DNA of 64,000 bases from Planctomycetota bacterium. Lineage in GTDB: Bacteria > Planctomycetota > JAJSAM01 > JAJVHW01. The notes under the pieces were generated by a model. The model had not been told where the DNA came from, ran no database searches, and saw nothing but the letters and a program-made list of their open reading frames with translations. This document shows, piece after piece, positions 18,527 through 29,700 of this stretch; position 1 is the first letter of the stretch, and the number at the start of each line of letters is the position of its first letter. The stretch spans positions 128,001-192,000 of the forward strand of contig CBDFJG010000002.1 of assembly GCA_965248445.1 (NCBI GenBank), given 5' to 3'. The position numbers and the translations under genes are program-made.

Positions 18527-21500
18527 GTGAAGCGAGGCACTCTTATTCTCGCGCTGGTGATCGCGCTCGTCGTGGCGCTGGTCGGCGCGGCGCTGTTCTT
18601 CGTGCTCAGCGCGGGTGACGAGGGCGGCGAGCCGGACGTCGGCGACGGCACGGAGATCGTCGCGGGCGGCGCCGAAGGCGACGGAGTCCCCGCGACGCGG
18701 TCGCGAGGCCGCGCGACGGGCAGCGCTGCATTGCACGGCCTCGTCGTGCAAGGCCAGGAGCGCGAGCCGGCCGTAGGACAGGAAGTGCTCCTCGCCGGAG
18801 TCGGCGCCAAGCCGCTGAGCGCGCTCACCGACGAGACCGGCGCGTTCCGCTTCGAGAAGCTCCCCGCCGGCGGACCCTACGAGCTGACGGCCGCGGCGAC
18901 GGGATTCGCGACAGTGCGGATGCCCGGCATCGCCCTCGGCCGCGACGACGACGCGGACGTCGGCACGCTGGTGCTCGACGCGGCGGTGCGCCTGGTCGTG
19001 CGCGTGCGCACCTGGAGTGACCAACCGCTCGCCGGTGCGAGCGTCTCGGTGTTCGCGGCACAGGAGCGCGGGCACAACTACGACTGGACGCGGGCCATGG
19101 CGCAGATGGCGCAGACACCGGTCGCAGTGGCGACGGTCGCCGCGAATGCGGACGGTGAGGCAGTCTTCCCCGAGCTGTCGGTCGGACGATGGTCTGTCGT
19201 CGCGACGCACCCGGGCTACGCGCGCGGCGGACGCGCCGGAACCAAGCTCTCTCGCGAGTTCGGCGATCCCGACCCGATGACAGTGCGGCTCGAACCCGGT
19301 GGAGCGCTCGTCGGGCGCGTGCTGGGACCCGCAGGCGAGCCGGTCCCGGACGTCACGGTGATCGCCGGGCGTCAGCGGGACACGTGGAACTGGAACACCG
19401 CACCGCTGCAGGCGCGGTACCGCACTCGCGCCGACGGACGCTACGAGCTCTCGGCGCTGCCCGGCGGGCCGCTGCTGCTCCGCGTGGTCCGCGACGAGGC
19501 GCTGCCGGTTCCAGCGGCAACGGTGATCATCCCCGACGTCACCGAGTTCGACATACGCCTCAAGGACGGCGCCACGGTGACCGGACTCGTGACACTGAAG
19601 GAGGACGGCTCGCCCGTCGCAGGCGCAGAGGTCTCGGTGTCCACGTGGCGCATGATGGGCAGCGGCGGCACCGCGCGCGGCACGACCGGCGAGGACGGCC
19701 GCTACGTGGTCACCGGCGTCGTCCCGGGGATGCTCAGCGGAGTCACCGTCAAGGCCGAGGGACTGGCTCAGTCGCAGGTCGACCACTCCATGCAGACGAA
19801 CGTCAGCCCCGGCGCGGTGATCGAACGCAACGTCGAACTCGTCCCGGGAGCCACGCTCACCGGCGTGGTCAGCGGACCGGATGGTCCGATCGCCGGGGCG
19901 CGGGTCGCGGCGACGGGAGGAGACATCACGCGCGGTCTCGATTCGCGCTCCGCCGAAACGGACGCGAGCGGCCGCTACGAGTTCACGGCGCTGGCCGCTG
20001 GCCGCTTCGTCGTGTCCGCCAGCGCGAAGGGCCTGTTCCAGAAGGACGGGCCGACCAACCCGTGGCAGATGATCCAGTCGAACGCAAAGAGCGAGTGGAT
20101 CGTGAAGATCGGCTCGGGCGAGAGCGCCGACCTGGACATCTCGCTCCTTCCGGGAGTCCGCATCGCGGGGCGCGTCGTCGACGCGTCCGGCGACCCGCTC
20201 TCCCGCGTGCAGGTGAGCACTGCGATCGAGCACGGCTGGAATCCGAACGGGATGGTGCTGCCTCGTGCGCGCACCGGCGAAGACGGCGCGTTCGTCCTCG
20301 AGGGCGTGCCGAAGGCCGCTGCCGTTCGCGTCAATGCGTCGCTGAAGAAGCACATCGCCATGGACGACGCAATGAAGCTCGACACGACCTCGGGCGAGTC
20401 CATCGAGGAGGTGGAGATCCGCCTGCGACTGTCGCCCGTGGTCGCCGGCAGCGTCGTCGGCATGACCGGTGAACCGGTCCCCGACGCATACGTGCAGGTC
20501 GCACACTCGAAGGCAGCCGGAGCGAACAGCGGGTTCGTCGTCATGGGAGGCGGCCAGCAGGACGCGTTCGCGCGGAGTGCGCGCCACCCCGTAGCCATCG
20601 ATGGCACGTACGAGATCCCGCTCAGCTGGACGGACGGACGCATCCAGGTGCGCGCCTCTGCCCCGGGCCACGCGGCGCGCACGTGCGACCACGTGGCAGT
20701 CGTGAAAAACCGCGACCGCTACGAGATCGATCTTCAGATGGAGTCCGGCGCGTCCATCACCGGCCGCGTAGCAGCGGAGGAGACCGGGCACGGGCTAGTG
20801 CAGGCCCACGTCTCCATCCGGCGAGTGGTGGCACCGCAGGGCAGCAACATCGTCTACGCAGGCGGTCGCATGGGCGGCGGAGGCGGCCCGATCGTGGCGG
20901 TCACGGATGCGGACGGCATGTTCACCGTATCGCGTCTCGAACCCGGGTCGTATCGCGTGGAAGCGAGCTTCGACGGACGGGTCACCGCAGAGAAATCGAC
21001 ACGCGTGCCGGGCGGCGATGTGGTTCTGAAGCTCGCGCAGTCCCTGACGATCGAAGGCGTGATCGTGGACGGCTCCGGTAACGGTGTGGAAGGGCTGACC
21101 GTCACCGCGCAGAAGTCCGGCCAGACGACCGTCGCCGCGAACTTCTTCGTCGGCGGTGGCGCCTCCCCGGGAACCGGCAACACCGACGGCCAGGGTCGCT
21201 TTGCCGTCCGCGACCTGAAGCCGGGATCCTATGAATTGCGCGTCGAGTCGCAGTGGAACGCACGCGTGAGCATCAAGAAGTTCACGTCGGAGCCCTACGC
21301 GGCCGGGACCGCGGACGTGAAACTCGTTGCCGATCAGGGCATCGCGATCGGGGGACGCGTCCTCAACGGCGACGGCGAGGGCGTCGGAAACGCGCAGATC
21401 ATGGTCCAGGGCGGCGGCACCTACCGGCACGCGCAGTCACAATCCGACGGAGAGTTCATCGTCGGCGGTCTCACGGCTGAGGCGACGGAGCTGAAGGTGA

Positions 21501-22399
21501 CTGTCCAGGTCCCGCCGTGGGTCGGGCGCTCGCTCCGCACGGCACGACGGACCGTCAGCCCGGGGCAGATGGATCTCGAGTTCGTGCTGGAGCCGGGGCT
21601 CGAGATCGGGGGACGCGTGCGCCGTGAGGACGGCGGGAAGCTGCCCGAGCGCACCGGTCTCGGCACGGAGCCGCTGGACAAGAAGAACGAAGCGTACATG
21701 CACTACGGCGGCAGCGCCGTGCAGGTGAAGGCGGACGGTACGTTCCGCATCGGAGGCCTCGACGAGGGCGACTACAAGATCACACTGGATGCAAGCGTGG
21801 ACGGTCGCGCGCTGACCCTACGCGGCGGCGAGAAGGTCGCCGCGGGGAGCAAGAACGTCGAACTGATCGCGACGTTCGGGATGTCGATCACGGGACGCGT
21901 CGACAACCAGGGGGGCGTGTCGCTCGACGGCGTGAAGATCCAGTCTCACCCGAAGACCGGCGGGACGATGAAGACCACGAAGGTCGCCGCGGACGGGAGC
22001 TTCGAGATCACCGGGCTGGACGAGGGCGGGCAGTACAACCTCTCCGCGTCCGGCCCCGGCCTGATCGGCAGCAAGGCGAAGGAGATCTCGGCAGGCGCGA
22101 CCGACGTCGAACTCACGGTGAAGAAGGGCGCGAAGGCGACCGGACGCATCCTGGACGAGGCCGGTGAGCCTCTGGCTGGTGCGCAGATGTGGGTGAACGG
22201 CCCTGGCCACCGTTCGTCCATGAACGTCTCCACCGACGAGGACGGCCGTTTCGTGCTCGACGGCCTCGAGGAAGGCGGCGAGTACTCGGTGAGCGTGTTC
22301 GTCCAGAAGGGCGGGTCGTTCACGGCCAAGGAAGCCGGCAAGGTCCTCGGCGGCCAGACCGACGTGACGCTGCAGCTCAAGAAGGACGAGCCGGAGTAG
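18527..22399 (+). CDS. Membrane-anchored carboxypeptidase-regulatory-like domain repeat protein (1290 aa)
   Basis: N-terminal TM helix, then about 12 repeats of GRV.D..G.P..GA.V...TD.DG.F....L..G.Y. Confidence 0.85.
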   Translation: MKRGTLILALVIALVVALVGAALFFVLSAGDEGGEPDVGDGTEIVAGGAEGDGVPATRSRGRATGSAALHGLVVQGQEREPAVGQEVLLAGVGAKPLSALTDETGAFRFEKLPAGGPYELTAAATGFATVRMPGIALGRDDDADVGTLVLDAAVRLVVRVRTWSDQPLAGASVSVFAAQERGHNYDWTRAMAQMAQTPVAVATVAANADGEAVFPELSVGRWSVVATHPGYARGGRAGTKLSREFGDPDPMTVRLEPGGALVGRVLGPAGEPVPDVTVIAGRQRDTWNWNTAPLQARYRTRADGRYELSALPGGPLLLRVVRDEALPVPAATVIIPDVTEFDIRLKDGATVTGLVTLKEDGSPVAGAEVSVSTWRMMGSGGTARGTTGEDGRYVVTGVVPGMLSGVTVKAEGLAQSQVDHSMQTNVSPGAVIERNVELVPGATLTGVVSGPDGPIAGARVAATGGDITRGLDSRSAETDASGRYEFTALAAGRFVVSASAKGLFQKDGPTNPWQMIQSNAKSEWIVKIGSGESADLDISLLPGVRIAGRVVDASGDPLSRVQVSTAIEHGWNPNGMVLPRARTGEDGAFVLEGVPKAAAVRVNASLKKHIAMDDAMKLDTTSGESIEEVEIRLRLSPVVAGSVVGMTGEPVPDAYVQVAHSKAAGANSGFVVMGGGQQDAFARSARHPVAIDGTYEIPLSWTDGRIQVRASAPGHAARTCDHVAVVKNRDRYEIDLQMESGASITGRVAAEETGHGLVQAHVSIRRVVAPQGSNIVYAGGRMGGGGGPIVAVTDADGMFTVSRLEPGSYRVEASFDGRVTAEKSTRVPGGDVVLKLAQSLTIEGVIVDGSGNGVEGLTVTAQKSGQTTVAANFFVGGGASPGTGNTDGQGRFAVRDLKPGSYELRVESQWNARVSIKKFTSEPYAAGTADVKLVADQGIAIGGRVLNGDGEGVGNAQIMVQGGGTYRHAQSQSDGEFIVGGLTAEATELKVTVQVPPWVGRSLRTARRTVSPGQMDLEFVLEPGLEIGGRVRREDGGKLPERTGLGTEPLDKKNEAYMHYGGSAVQVKADGTFRIGGLDEGDYKITLDASVDGRALTLRGGEKVAAGSKNVELIATFGMSITGRVDNQGGVSLDGVKIQSHPKTGGTMKTTKVAADGSFEITGLDEGGQYNLSASGPGLIGSKAKEISAGATDVELTVKKGAKATGRILDEAGEPLAGAQMWVNGPGHRSSMNVSTDEDGRFVLDGLEEGGEYSVSVFVQKGGSFTAKEAGKVLGGQTDVTLQLKKDEPE

Positions 22400-22568
22400 A
22401 GCCGGCGCCGCGATCTGTGAGGCCGGCCGCGCTGCGCGATGTAACGGCGCCCCTTTGCGGCGCGTCCTCCCCAGATGGGTGGGTGGGGGCTCGGGATGGG
22501 TTCGGTCCGGTGCGCCGACGGAACGACATCGCTTTCCGGATCGTCCCGGTTCGGTGATCCTGCTTCGC

Positions 22569-24038
22569 ATGCGAACGCGCTTTCTCCGCCCCGCTCTGCT
22601 CGCTGCGCTGACGCTCGGGGCGTTCGTGGTGCCGCCGGCCCTTGCTCCGTCGAACGCGCAGGACCGCGGTGACGCGAAGCCCGAGGTTCTCGACAAGAAG
22701 CGCATGAAGGAGTTGAAGGCGCTGATCCAGCGCTTCGCCGAGGCTGCCGACAGCGAAGAAGCCGACGGCGCGATGATGCTTGTAGAGAACGATGCCGAGG
22801 CGCTTCCGCCCATCCCCGCGTCCGCGGTGAAGCCGCTGCTCGACCACATGCTCGAAATGCGCGCCGAACACGGACCCAAGCTCAAGAAGTCGGGAACCGG
22901 GTTCTTCTACGACAAGAAGAAGGGACGCGCCGGCGGCAAGTACATGGTCTCCCGCGGCAAAAAGGGCGGCGGCCTGCTCATCGGGATGCACGGCGGCGGC
23001 GAGGGCCAGGGCGACTGCGGCGGTGCGTTCGGCACATGGAGCGCTGCCACGAAGGCGGGCTTCACCGTCATCTCACCCGAGGTCATGAACAAGGTCAGTT
23101 CCGCGTGGAACGAACAGCCCGAGGAACGCATGGTCCTCGAGTTGATCGACGCCGCGAAACGCACGTTCGAGATCGATCCCGACCGCATCTGCTTCGCCGG
23201 TCACTCGATGGGCGGCGATGCGTCGTGGGTGCTCGGCGGGCGCAACGCCGACCTGCTCGCCGCGTGCTCACCTCTCGCCGGCAGCGTGATGCCCTACATG
23301 AAGGCGGGCAAGCTCAACCGGTTGGAGACGCCGCTCGCGGACTATGAGGGACTGCAAGAGGGCATCGTCGCCAACCTGATGTACGTCAAGTACCACATCA
23401 ATCACAGCGACGACGATCGCAACGAAGCGATCCACCCGGACGACATCGCGACCGGCTACCTGCGGCGCCTGCAGAAGATCTTCAAGACGAGCGACGGCTC
23501 GAAGTTCTGGTTCCGCTACGACCGCGTGACCGGCAACGGCCACGGCCTCCCGCGCCCACGCAAGGGCAAGGGCGACGATCCCGGCGTGCTCTCCGTGTCC
23601 GACATCATCAAGTGGCTGGGCGCGCAGCGCCGCATCTCGTACCCGCAGGAAGTCGTGTGGGAGACGTTCTGGAACTGGAAGCGCCAGATGTACTGGCTGT
23701 TCCACCACGAGCCGGACAACGCGTGGCGTTTCCACGCGAAGGTGGTCGGCGAGAACCACGTCGAGGTCACCGCCACGACGAAGCCCGAGGCGGGACGCAA
23801 GGAGCCGAAGGAAGTCGACCTGCGCCTCCTGCTGTCCCCCGAGATGTTCGACTTCGACAAGCCGCTTAAGGTCACGTCGGAGGGGAAGACGCTCTACGAG
23901 GGCCCCATCGAACGCTCCGTCTGGGCGCTCATGGTCACCGCCGGCCGGCGCATGGATCGCAAGATGTACTTCGAGGGTCACCTCGACGTGAAGGTGCCGC
24001 GCAAGCGCTGGTGGGATCTCTGGGACGTGGAGAAGTGA
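22569..24038 (+). CDS. Secreted alpha/beta hydrolase (esterase/peptidase-like)
   Basis: Signal peptide; LLIGMHGGG, IDPDRICFAGHSMGG, candidate catalytic His in GNGHG. Confidence 0.8.
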   Translation: MRTRFLRPALLAALTLGAFVVPPALAPSNAQDRGDAKPEVLDKKRMKELKALIQRFAEAADSEEADGAMMLVENDAEALPPIPASAVKPLLDHMLEMRAEHGPKLKKSGTGFFYDKKKGRAGGKYMVSRGKKGGGLLIGMHGGGEGQGDCGGAFGTWSAATKAGFTVISPEVMNKVSSAWNEQPEERMVLELIDAAKRTFEIDPDRICFAGHSMGGDASWVLGGRNADLLAACSPLAGSVMPYMKAGKLNRLETPLADYEGLQEGIVANLMYVKYHINHSDDDRNEAIHPDDIATGYLRRLQKIFKTSDGSKFWFRYDRVTGNGHGLPRPRKGKGDDPGVLSVSDIIKWLGAQRRISYPQEVVWETFWNWKRQMYWLFHHEPDNAWRFHAKVVGENHVEVTATTKPEAGRKEPKEVDLRLLLSPEMFDFDKPLKVTSEGKTLYEGPIERSVWALMVTAGRRMDRKMYFEGHLDVKVPRKRWWDLWDVEK

Positions 24039-24592
24039 CGACACGCCGGGGGTGGTTTGCGCTCGGGACGACGATCGCCCTCGTGGCGGTCGTGGCTCTC
24101 ACACTCACCACGACCGCGTGCCGGGGCGACCGTCCCGACTGGCGCATCGTGCAGCTCTACGGCGGCGGCGGGAGTCTTCAGGCAATCAGCTCGCCTGACT
24201 CCGTGTCCGCCTTCCGCATCGAACCCGACGCCACGCCGGTGCGCGCCGGCGAGGAGCGGGTCGGACTTCACCTCGTGACGTCGGACAAGCACGCGGTCAG
24301 CAGCGCGGACGCCATCGCGCTCGCGACGATCCTGCAGGACCCCGACACATACGACTGGCACCGCGCCAAGGGATGCGAGTTCCGGCCTGGAGTCGGGCTG
24401 CGCTTCACACGCGGTGCATCCCGGGTCGACATCGCCCTCTGCTTCGAGTGCGACATGCTGACGATCCACCGGCACGGCAAGCGCATCGGCGTCGAGGACT
24501 TCGACGACGCGCGCGCCGACCTCGTGGCGATCGCGAAGCGCACGTTCCCCGACGACGAGCAGATCCAGGCTCTCGACCCCGCGCGCAACTGA
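24035..24592 (+). CDS. Hypothetical lipoprotein or membrane-anchored protein with a Cys cluster
   Basis: GTGA overlap with the upstream stop; hydrophobic N-terminus ending TTA-C; KGCEFRPG and ALCFECD. Confidence 0.65.
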   Translation: MTTRRGWFALGTTIALVAVVALTLTTTACRGDRPDWRIVQLYGGGGSLQAISSPDSVSAFRIEPDATPVRAGEERVGLHLVTSDKHAVSSADAIALATILQDPDTYDWHRAKGCEFRPGVGLRFTRGASRVDIALCFECDMLTIHRHGKRIGVEDFDDARADLVAIAKRTFPDDEQIQALDPARN

Positions 24593-24635
24593 ACGGCGGC
24601 CGGCCGCCAGGCTGCGCTGCCGGTAGACTGCTCGC

Positions 24636-25400
24636 GTGGCACACAGCGCGAAGATCGCCGCCCCTGTACCGAGGATCACCGGCCGGAGAGCCGGTCGTCC
24701 CCGCGGCCTACTCCCCCGCCGCCCGTTTCGCGTCCGCCCGGTACGCCTGGTCGCGGGGATGTCGACAGCGCTCGTCATCACCGTCGTGGCCATGCCGCTC
24801 GCCGCGGTCGCGGCCGGGATCATCGCCTGGCTCTGCGTGTTGACGGGGATGACCGGTGCAAGCGCACAGGGCGTGGGGTCGCTCGTGTTCGCCGCGTGCT
24901 GCGCGGCTGTTCCGGTCCTCATCGTGCACGCGGAGGCGCACGCAATCTGCGGAGCGCCCGCCCCGAACTGGTCGCGTCGCGCAGCGCGCGAGCGGCGCAG
25001 CCGCGCACCCGTCACGCCGGGCGCGGCCGCCCTGGTGACAGGGCGTCCGCGGCGCCCCGGACGCGTCGACATTCGCGCGCTCGGGCGCGGGATGTTGATC
25101 CTACTCGCTGTCGGCGCGATCTGCGCGCCGATCGCGGGCCTCGTCGTCTATGCGCTGAGCGACGTCTTTCACGATTGGATCGGTGTTGCGGACCGTCTGC
25201 GTCCCGCCGCGACCGCGTGGCTGACGCTCGCGGTGGCGGCGAGCCTGCCGGCGCTGATCGTCATGAACGACGCCGATTCGCTCTTCCGCATCCGCCGGCG
25301 GGGAGTGCGAACGCCGCACCTGCCTCCGGCCACCGCGGGGCGGCTGAGCCACTTCATGCGCGGGCGGGGCGCGCCCCGCGGCGCTCACGCGCCGTTGTGA
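24636..25400 (+). CDS. Hypothetical membrane protein
   Basis: About four hydrophobic segments; fills the gap before rtcB; start uncertain (24636 or ATG 24759). Confidence 0.45.
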   Translation: MAHSAKIAAPVPRITGRRAGRPRGLLPRRPFRVRPVRLVAGMSTALVITVVAMPLAAVAAGIIAWLCVLTGMTGASAQGVGSLVFAACCAAVPVLIVHAEAHAICGAPAPNWSRRAARERRSRAPVTPGAAALVTGRPRRPGRVDIRALGRGMLILLAVGAICAPIAGLVVYALSDVFHDWIGVADRLRPAATAWLTLAVAASLPALIVMNDADSLFRIRRRGVRTPHLPPATAGRLSHFMRGRGAPRGAHAPL

Positions 25401-25408
25401 CGGGGGAG

Positions 25409-26635
25409 ATGAGCGACTCGGCTGGATACCGCACGATCGAGACGAGTGGCACACCCATCAAGGCCTGGGTGCACGGCGTGAACCTCGAGGAGCAAGCGGA
25501 GCGCCAGTTGCGCAACGTGGCGTCGCTTCCGTTCATCCATCGCTGGGTGGCGGCCATGCCCGACGTGCACCTGGGCTACGGCGCAACGGTCGGCAGCGTG
25601 ATCCCGACGCACAAGGCGATCGTGCCGGCGGCGGTCGGCGTGGACATCGGCTGCGGGATGATGGCATCGCGCACCACACTCACGGCGTCCGATCTGCCGG
25701 ACGACCTGCGGCCGGTGCGCGAGGCAATCGAGCGCACCGTGCCCCATGGACGCAGCCGCAACGTGAAGCGAGACAAGGGCTCGTGGAACGACCCGCCGGA
25801 TCGCGCCGTGGCCGCGTGGAACGAGCTGTCGTGTGGCCTCAAACGAATCGCGGAGCGGCACGACCGAGCGGCCGGCGGTCGGACCGTCCAGCACCTCGGC
25901 ACGCTCGGCACCGGGAATCACTTCATCGAAGTCTGCCTCGACGAGGATGACAGCGTGTGGTTCATGCTGCACAGCGGTAGCCGTGGCATCGGTAACCGCA
26001 TCGGGCGGTACTTCATGGAGCTCGCACGCAACGACATGGGTGCGGCGCTCGGTGATCTGCCGGATCGCGATCTCGCGTACTTCACGGAGGGGACGGAGCA
26101 CTTCGACGAGTACGTCCACGCAGTCGGGTGGGCACAGGACTTCGCGCGCAAGAACCGCGAGCTGATGATGGAGGCCGTTGTGGCGGCCGTGCGAAGCGTC
26201 GGGAGCATTCCGCCGTTCACCGCGGCGGTCGAAGCCGTCAACTGCCACCACAACTACGTCCAGCGGGAGCACCACTACGGCGCCGACGTCTGGGTCACGC
26301 GCAAGGGCGCGGTACGAGCGGGACGCGGCGAGATGGGCATCATCCCCGGCTCGATGGGCGCGCGCAGCTACATCGTCCGCGGCAAGGGCAACCCGGAGAG
26401 CTTCGAGAGCTGCAGCCACGGCGCCGGCCGCGCCATGTCACGCACCGCCGCGCGCAAGCGCTTCTCGCTTGCGGATCACATCGCGGCGACCGAGGGCGTC
26501 GAGTGCCGCAAGGACAAGGACGTCATCGACGAGACGCCCGCCGCCTACAAGGACATCGACGCCGTGATGGCCGCACAGTCGGACCTCGTCGAAGTCGCCC
26601 ACACCCTGAGACAGGTTGTGTGCATCAAAGGGTGA
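25409..26635 (+). CDS. rtcB: RtcB RNA 3'-phosphate/5'-OH ligase
   Basis: MPDVHLGYGATVG, VGVDIGCGM, GTLGTGNHFIE, LHSGSRG, NCHHNY, IIPGSMG, SCSHGAGR, DETPAAYK, VCIKG. Confidence 0.97.
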   Translation: MSDSAGYRTIETSGTPIKAWVHGVNLEEQAERQLRNVASLPFIHRWVAAMPDVHLGYGATVGSVIPTHKAIVPAAVGVDIGCGMMASRTTLTASDLPDDLRPVREAIERTVPHGRSRNVKRDKGSWNDPPDRAVAAWNELSCGLKRIAERHDRAAGGRTVQHLGTLGTGNHFIEVCLDEDDSVWFMLHSGSRGIGNRIGRYFMELARNDMGAALGDLPDRDLAYFTEGTEHFDEYVHAVGWAQDFARKNRELMMEAVVAAVRSVGSIPPFTAAVEAVNCHHNYVQREHHYGADVWVTRKGAVRAGRGEMGIIPGSMGARSYIVRGKGNPESFESCSHGAGRAMSRTAARKRFSLADHIAATEGVECRKDKDVIDETPAAYKDIDAVMAAQSDLVEVAHTLRQVVCIKG

Positions 26636-26733
26636 GGTCGCGGCTCCCTTCAGGAGCCGCCAGACCTCACGCCCGCGACCCGAGTCCGCGTGCCAGCGGA
26701 CGAGGGAGCTGGAGTGGTAACAACCACTCCAGC
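26632..26733. terminator. Tandem GC-rich hairpins between convergent genes
   Basis: GTGAGGTC-GCGGCTCC / GGAGCCGC-ca-GACCTCAC (26632-26670), GTCCGC/GCGGAC (26684-26701) and GCTGGAGTGGT/ACCACTCCAGC (26708-26733); no U-tract. Confidence 0.5.
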
Positions 26734-26749
26734 AGCGGGATGGGCGAGG

Positions 26750-29700
26750 TCAGTCCAAGTCCACCGTCACCCTCGCCACACCCTCCGCCGCAATCGTCGA
26801 GGTCTCCCGTTCTGTTCCGCCTTCGGGGTCCGTCACCACGACAATCACGTCGCCGAGCGGCAGCCCGGCACGCTGCATCCGGCCGAACGCCCCGGTCACG
26901 CTGCTGTTGCCAGCGAAGTTGGACATCGTCAGGCGTTTCTCGAGCGGCTTCCCGGTCGCGTCGCGCACGGAGACCTGCACGCCCTCCACCGGCTCGCCGT
27001 CGCGCAGGACGGTCACTTCGAGTGTGCCCCCCGGGCTGAGCCGGATCGTAGCCGTGCCGGCCTGGCCGTCAACCTGCAGCGACGTCGCGGGGTGCGTCGC
27101 TGTCTCCGCGACCAGCGTGTGCCGGCCCGGTGCGAGCCGAAGCGTGGCGACCCCGTCCTCACCGGCGATCCCCTGCATGTTCAGGCGGAACGGCATGGAC
27201 TCCTGGCCGGAACCGTCGTCCACGATCACGGACGCACCCACCGCGGGACTACCGTCCGGGGTCTGCACCGTCACGAGCAGTTCCGCACCGCTCTCGAGAC
27301 GCACCGTCACGTTCTCGGTGCCGGATGCGACGCCCGGGATCGTCCCGTCGACGTGCTCGCCCGCAGAGACGCGCAGCGTCCAGGAGCCGGGGTCCACGCC
27401 GTCGATCGTGAAGCGGCCGTCCTCGCCCGTAAAGGCCTGACCGCGCTGTGCGGACATCAGGTCCTCCATCGAGTTCAGGCTCGAAGCGTTCGGATCGAGC
27501 AGCACCACCTGCGCCATAGCGATCGGAGCGTCGGTGGCGGCATCGAGCACGCGTCCGGTGATCGTGAGCGCCGAGATCTCGATGCGCACCGGCGGGACGA
27601 CACCACCGCCCGCGGGAACGGTCACCTTCTCGGACGTGGAGCCGCCCATCATCCCGCGCTGCACCATGACCGTGTAACTGCCCGGCGCGACGTTCTCGAA
27701 CTCGAGCTCGCCGTTCGCATCGGCCGTCGACATCTGCATGCCCATGTCGCCGCCGGACAGGATCACCATCGCGTCCTGGAGCGGCTCGCCGCCGCGAATG
27801 ACGGAGCCGGTAACGGTCGTCGTGTCCTTGCGCGGGCGGAAGTCGTGACGCGTGGTCTCACCGTCGCGCACCGTCACCGGGACCATGCCCTGCATACCGA
27901 ACGCACCGGATTCGGTCCCGATTCGCATGAGGTTGTAATTGCCCGCCCGCCGCCGCTCGAATGCGAACTCGCCGGCGGTGTCGGTCGTCGCGGACCGTTG
28001 CAATCCGAACCCCATCGACCCGCCGGAGAGCATGATCTGCGCGCCGACCTCGGGGTTGCCGTCAGAGTCGAGCACGACACCCACGACCTCGCCGCCCGCG
28101 GAGACCTCGACCGTCACCTCACTCGGTGCAGGAACGGCAGGGATCGACTCGGGCGCGTAGTCCCGGCTGCGAACTTGCAGGGTCACTTGGCCGGGATTCA
28201 GGCCATCCAGAACGAACGCGCCTTCTGAGTCGGTCGTGGTCGAGACGGAGTCGGGCGGTGCTTGCGGCTCGCCACCGAGGTTGTCCGATGCATTGAATCC
28301 CGCCATCGGCCCCTCTGCGCGGCTGACGTAGACGAGCGCACCCTCGACGCCGCTGCTGGTGCCGCGCTCGACCACCCTGCCGGTGACGGTCGCCGACGGG
28401 AGCAGCACCAGTTCCAGATCGCTCGCCTCCACGCCGGCCTCGGCCTCCACGTTCAGCGCCTCGCTGTCCGCGTGGCCGTCGGCACGGCCGCGCAGCCGGT
28501 ACTTGCCCGGAGCGATGCCGTTCAACTCGAAGCGTCCCGCATCGTCGGCGAGTGTGCTGGTCGAGTTGCCCATCATCGCGGCCCATGGATTACTGCCGCC
28601 CGAGGGTCCGCCTTCGAGCATGACGGTCGCACGCGCGACCGTGTTGCCGGCCTCGTCGAACACGACTCCGGACAGCGTCGCCGCGGCGCCGAGCGTCAGG
28701 TCGACGCTTCCGCTGCCCTGCGCGATGTCTTCGGCACTTGCGGGCAGAAAGCCCTGCATGCGCGCGGTGACGCTGTACGGACCCTCGTCGAGACCGTCGG
28801 CCGTGTAGCGCCCGTCGGCGTCGGTGGTGAAGCTCCGGCCAGCGCCGCCGCCGCCCATCATGGCCGCCCACGGATTGCCTCCGCTGTCCTCTGGCCACGA
28901 GACACGGACGACGGCGTCCGCCTGCGGCAGACCCGCGGGCGTGTAGACGGTGCCGGAGATCGTGTACCCCGGTGCGAGTTCGAAGTCCTTCTGCGACTCC
29001 TCGCCGCCCGGGAACGTCACAGTGTCCTCGGTCCGGAGGTAGCCCTCCGAACTCACGCGCACGCGACGAGCGCCCGCGTTCAGCCGCCTCACGCGATATC
29101 CCCCGTCCGCGTCGGTCACGCTCGATGACCACGCGCCGCCCATCGCCTGCACGGCCATCGCCGCCCAGCCCGACGGCTGTGGCGCTTCGACCTCGACGGT
29201 CGCGCCCGCGAGAGGACCGCCGTCGGCGCTGGTCACGCGACCGGTCAGCACGCTCTCGCGCTCGACCACGATGCGCACGTCGACCGTCGTCTCGTGCGCG
29301 CGCACCTCGATGTCCTCGGCGCGGGCGGGCAGCCAGCCGTCGCCCTGAGCGAGCAGGTGGATCATCCCCGGAGCGAGTCCGCTGATGAGGAACGAGCCGT
29401 CGGCCCCGGTCCGATCGGACGGAGGCGGCGCGTCGAACGCGTCCTGCTGCGCCATCCGCATGAACATCATGGGGTTGATCGTCTTGGAGACGGGCACGAC
29501 CGATGCCCCCGCGACCGGCCCGCCGTCCGCGTCCACCACGATGCCGCGAATCTCCCCCGCGGCCTGGAGTTCGATCGTGATCGGACTCGCCGCGTCGTCG
29601 GGCGACAGGCGCACGATTCGGGACGCCGCTGTGTACCCGTCGGCCGTCACCAGCACGCTCTCACGCGGGCTGCTCGCGGCGTCGGTGCGGAACACACCGC

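Noticed and set aside
22477..22500. G-quadruplex-like run GGGTGGGTGGGGGCTCGGGATGGG upstream of the hydrolase
   Set aside because: Single occurrence in GC-rich DNA with no supporting evidence of function.
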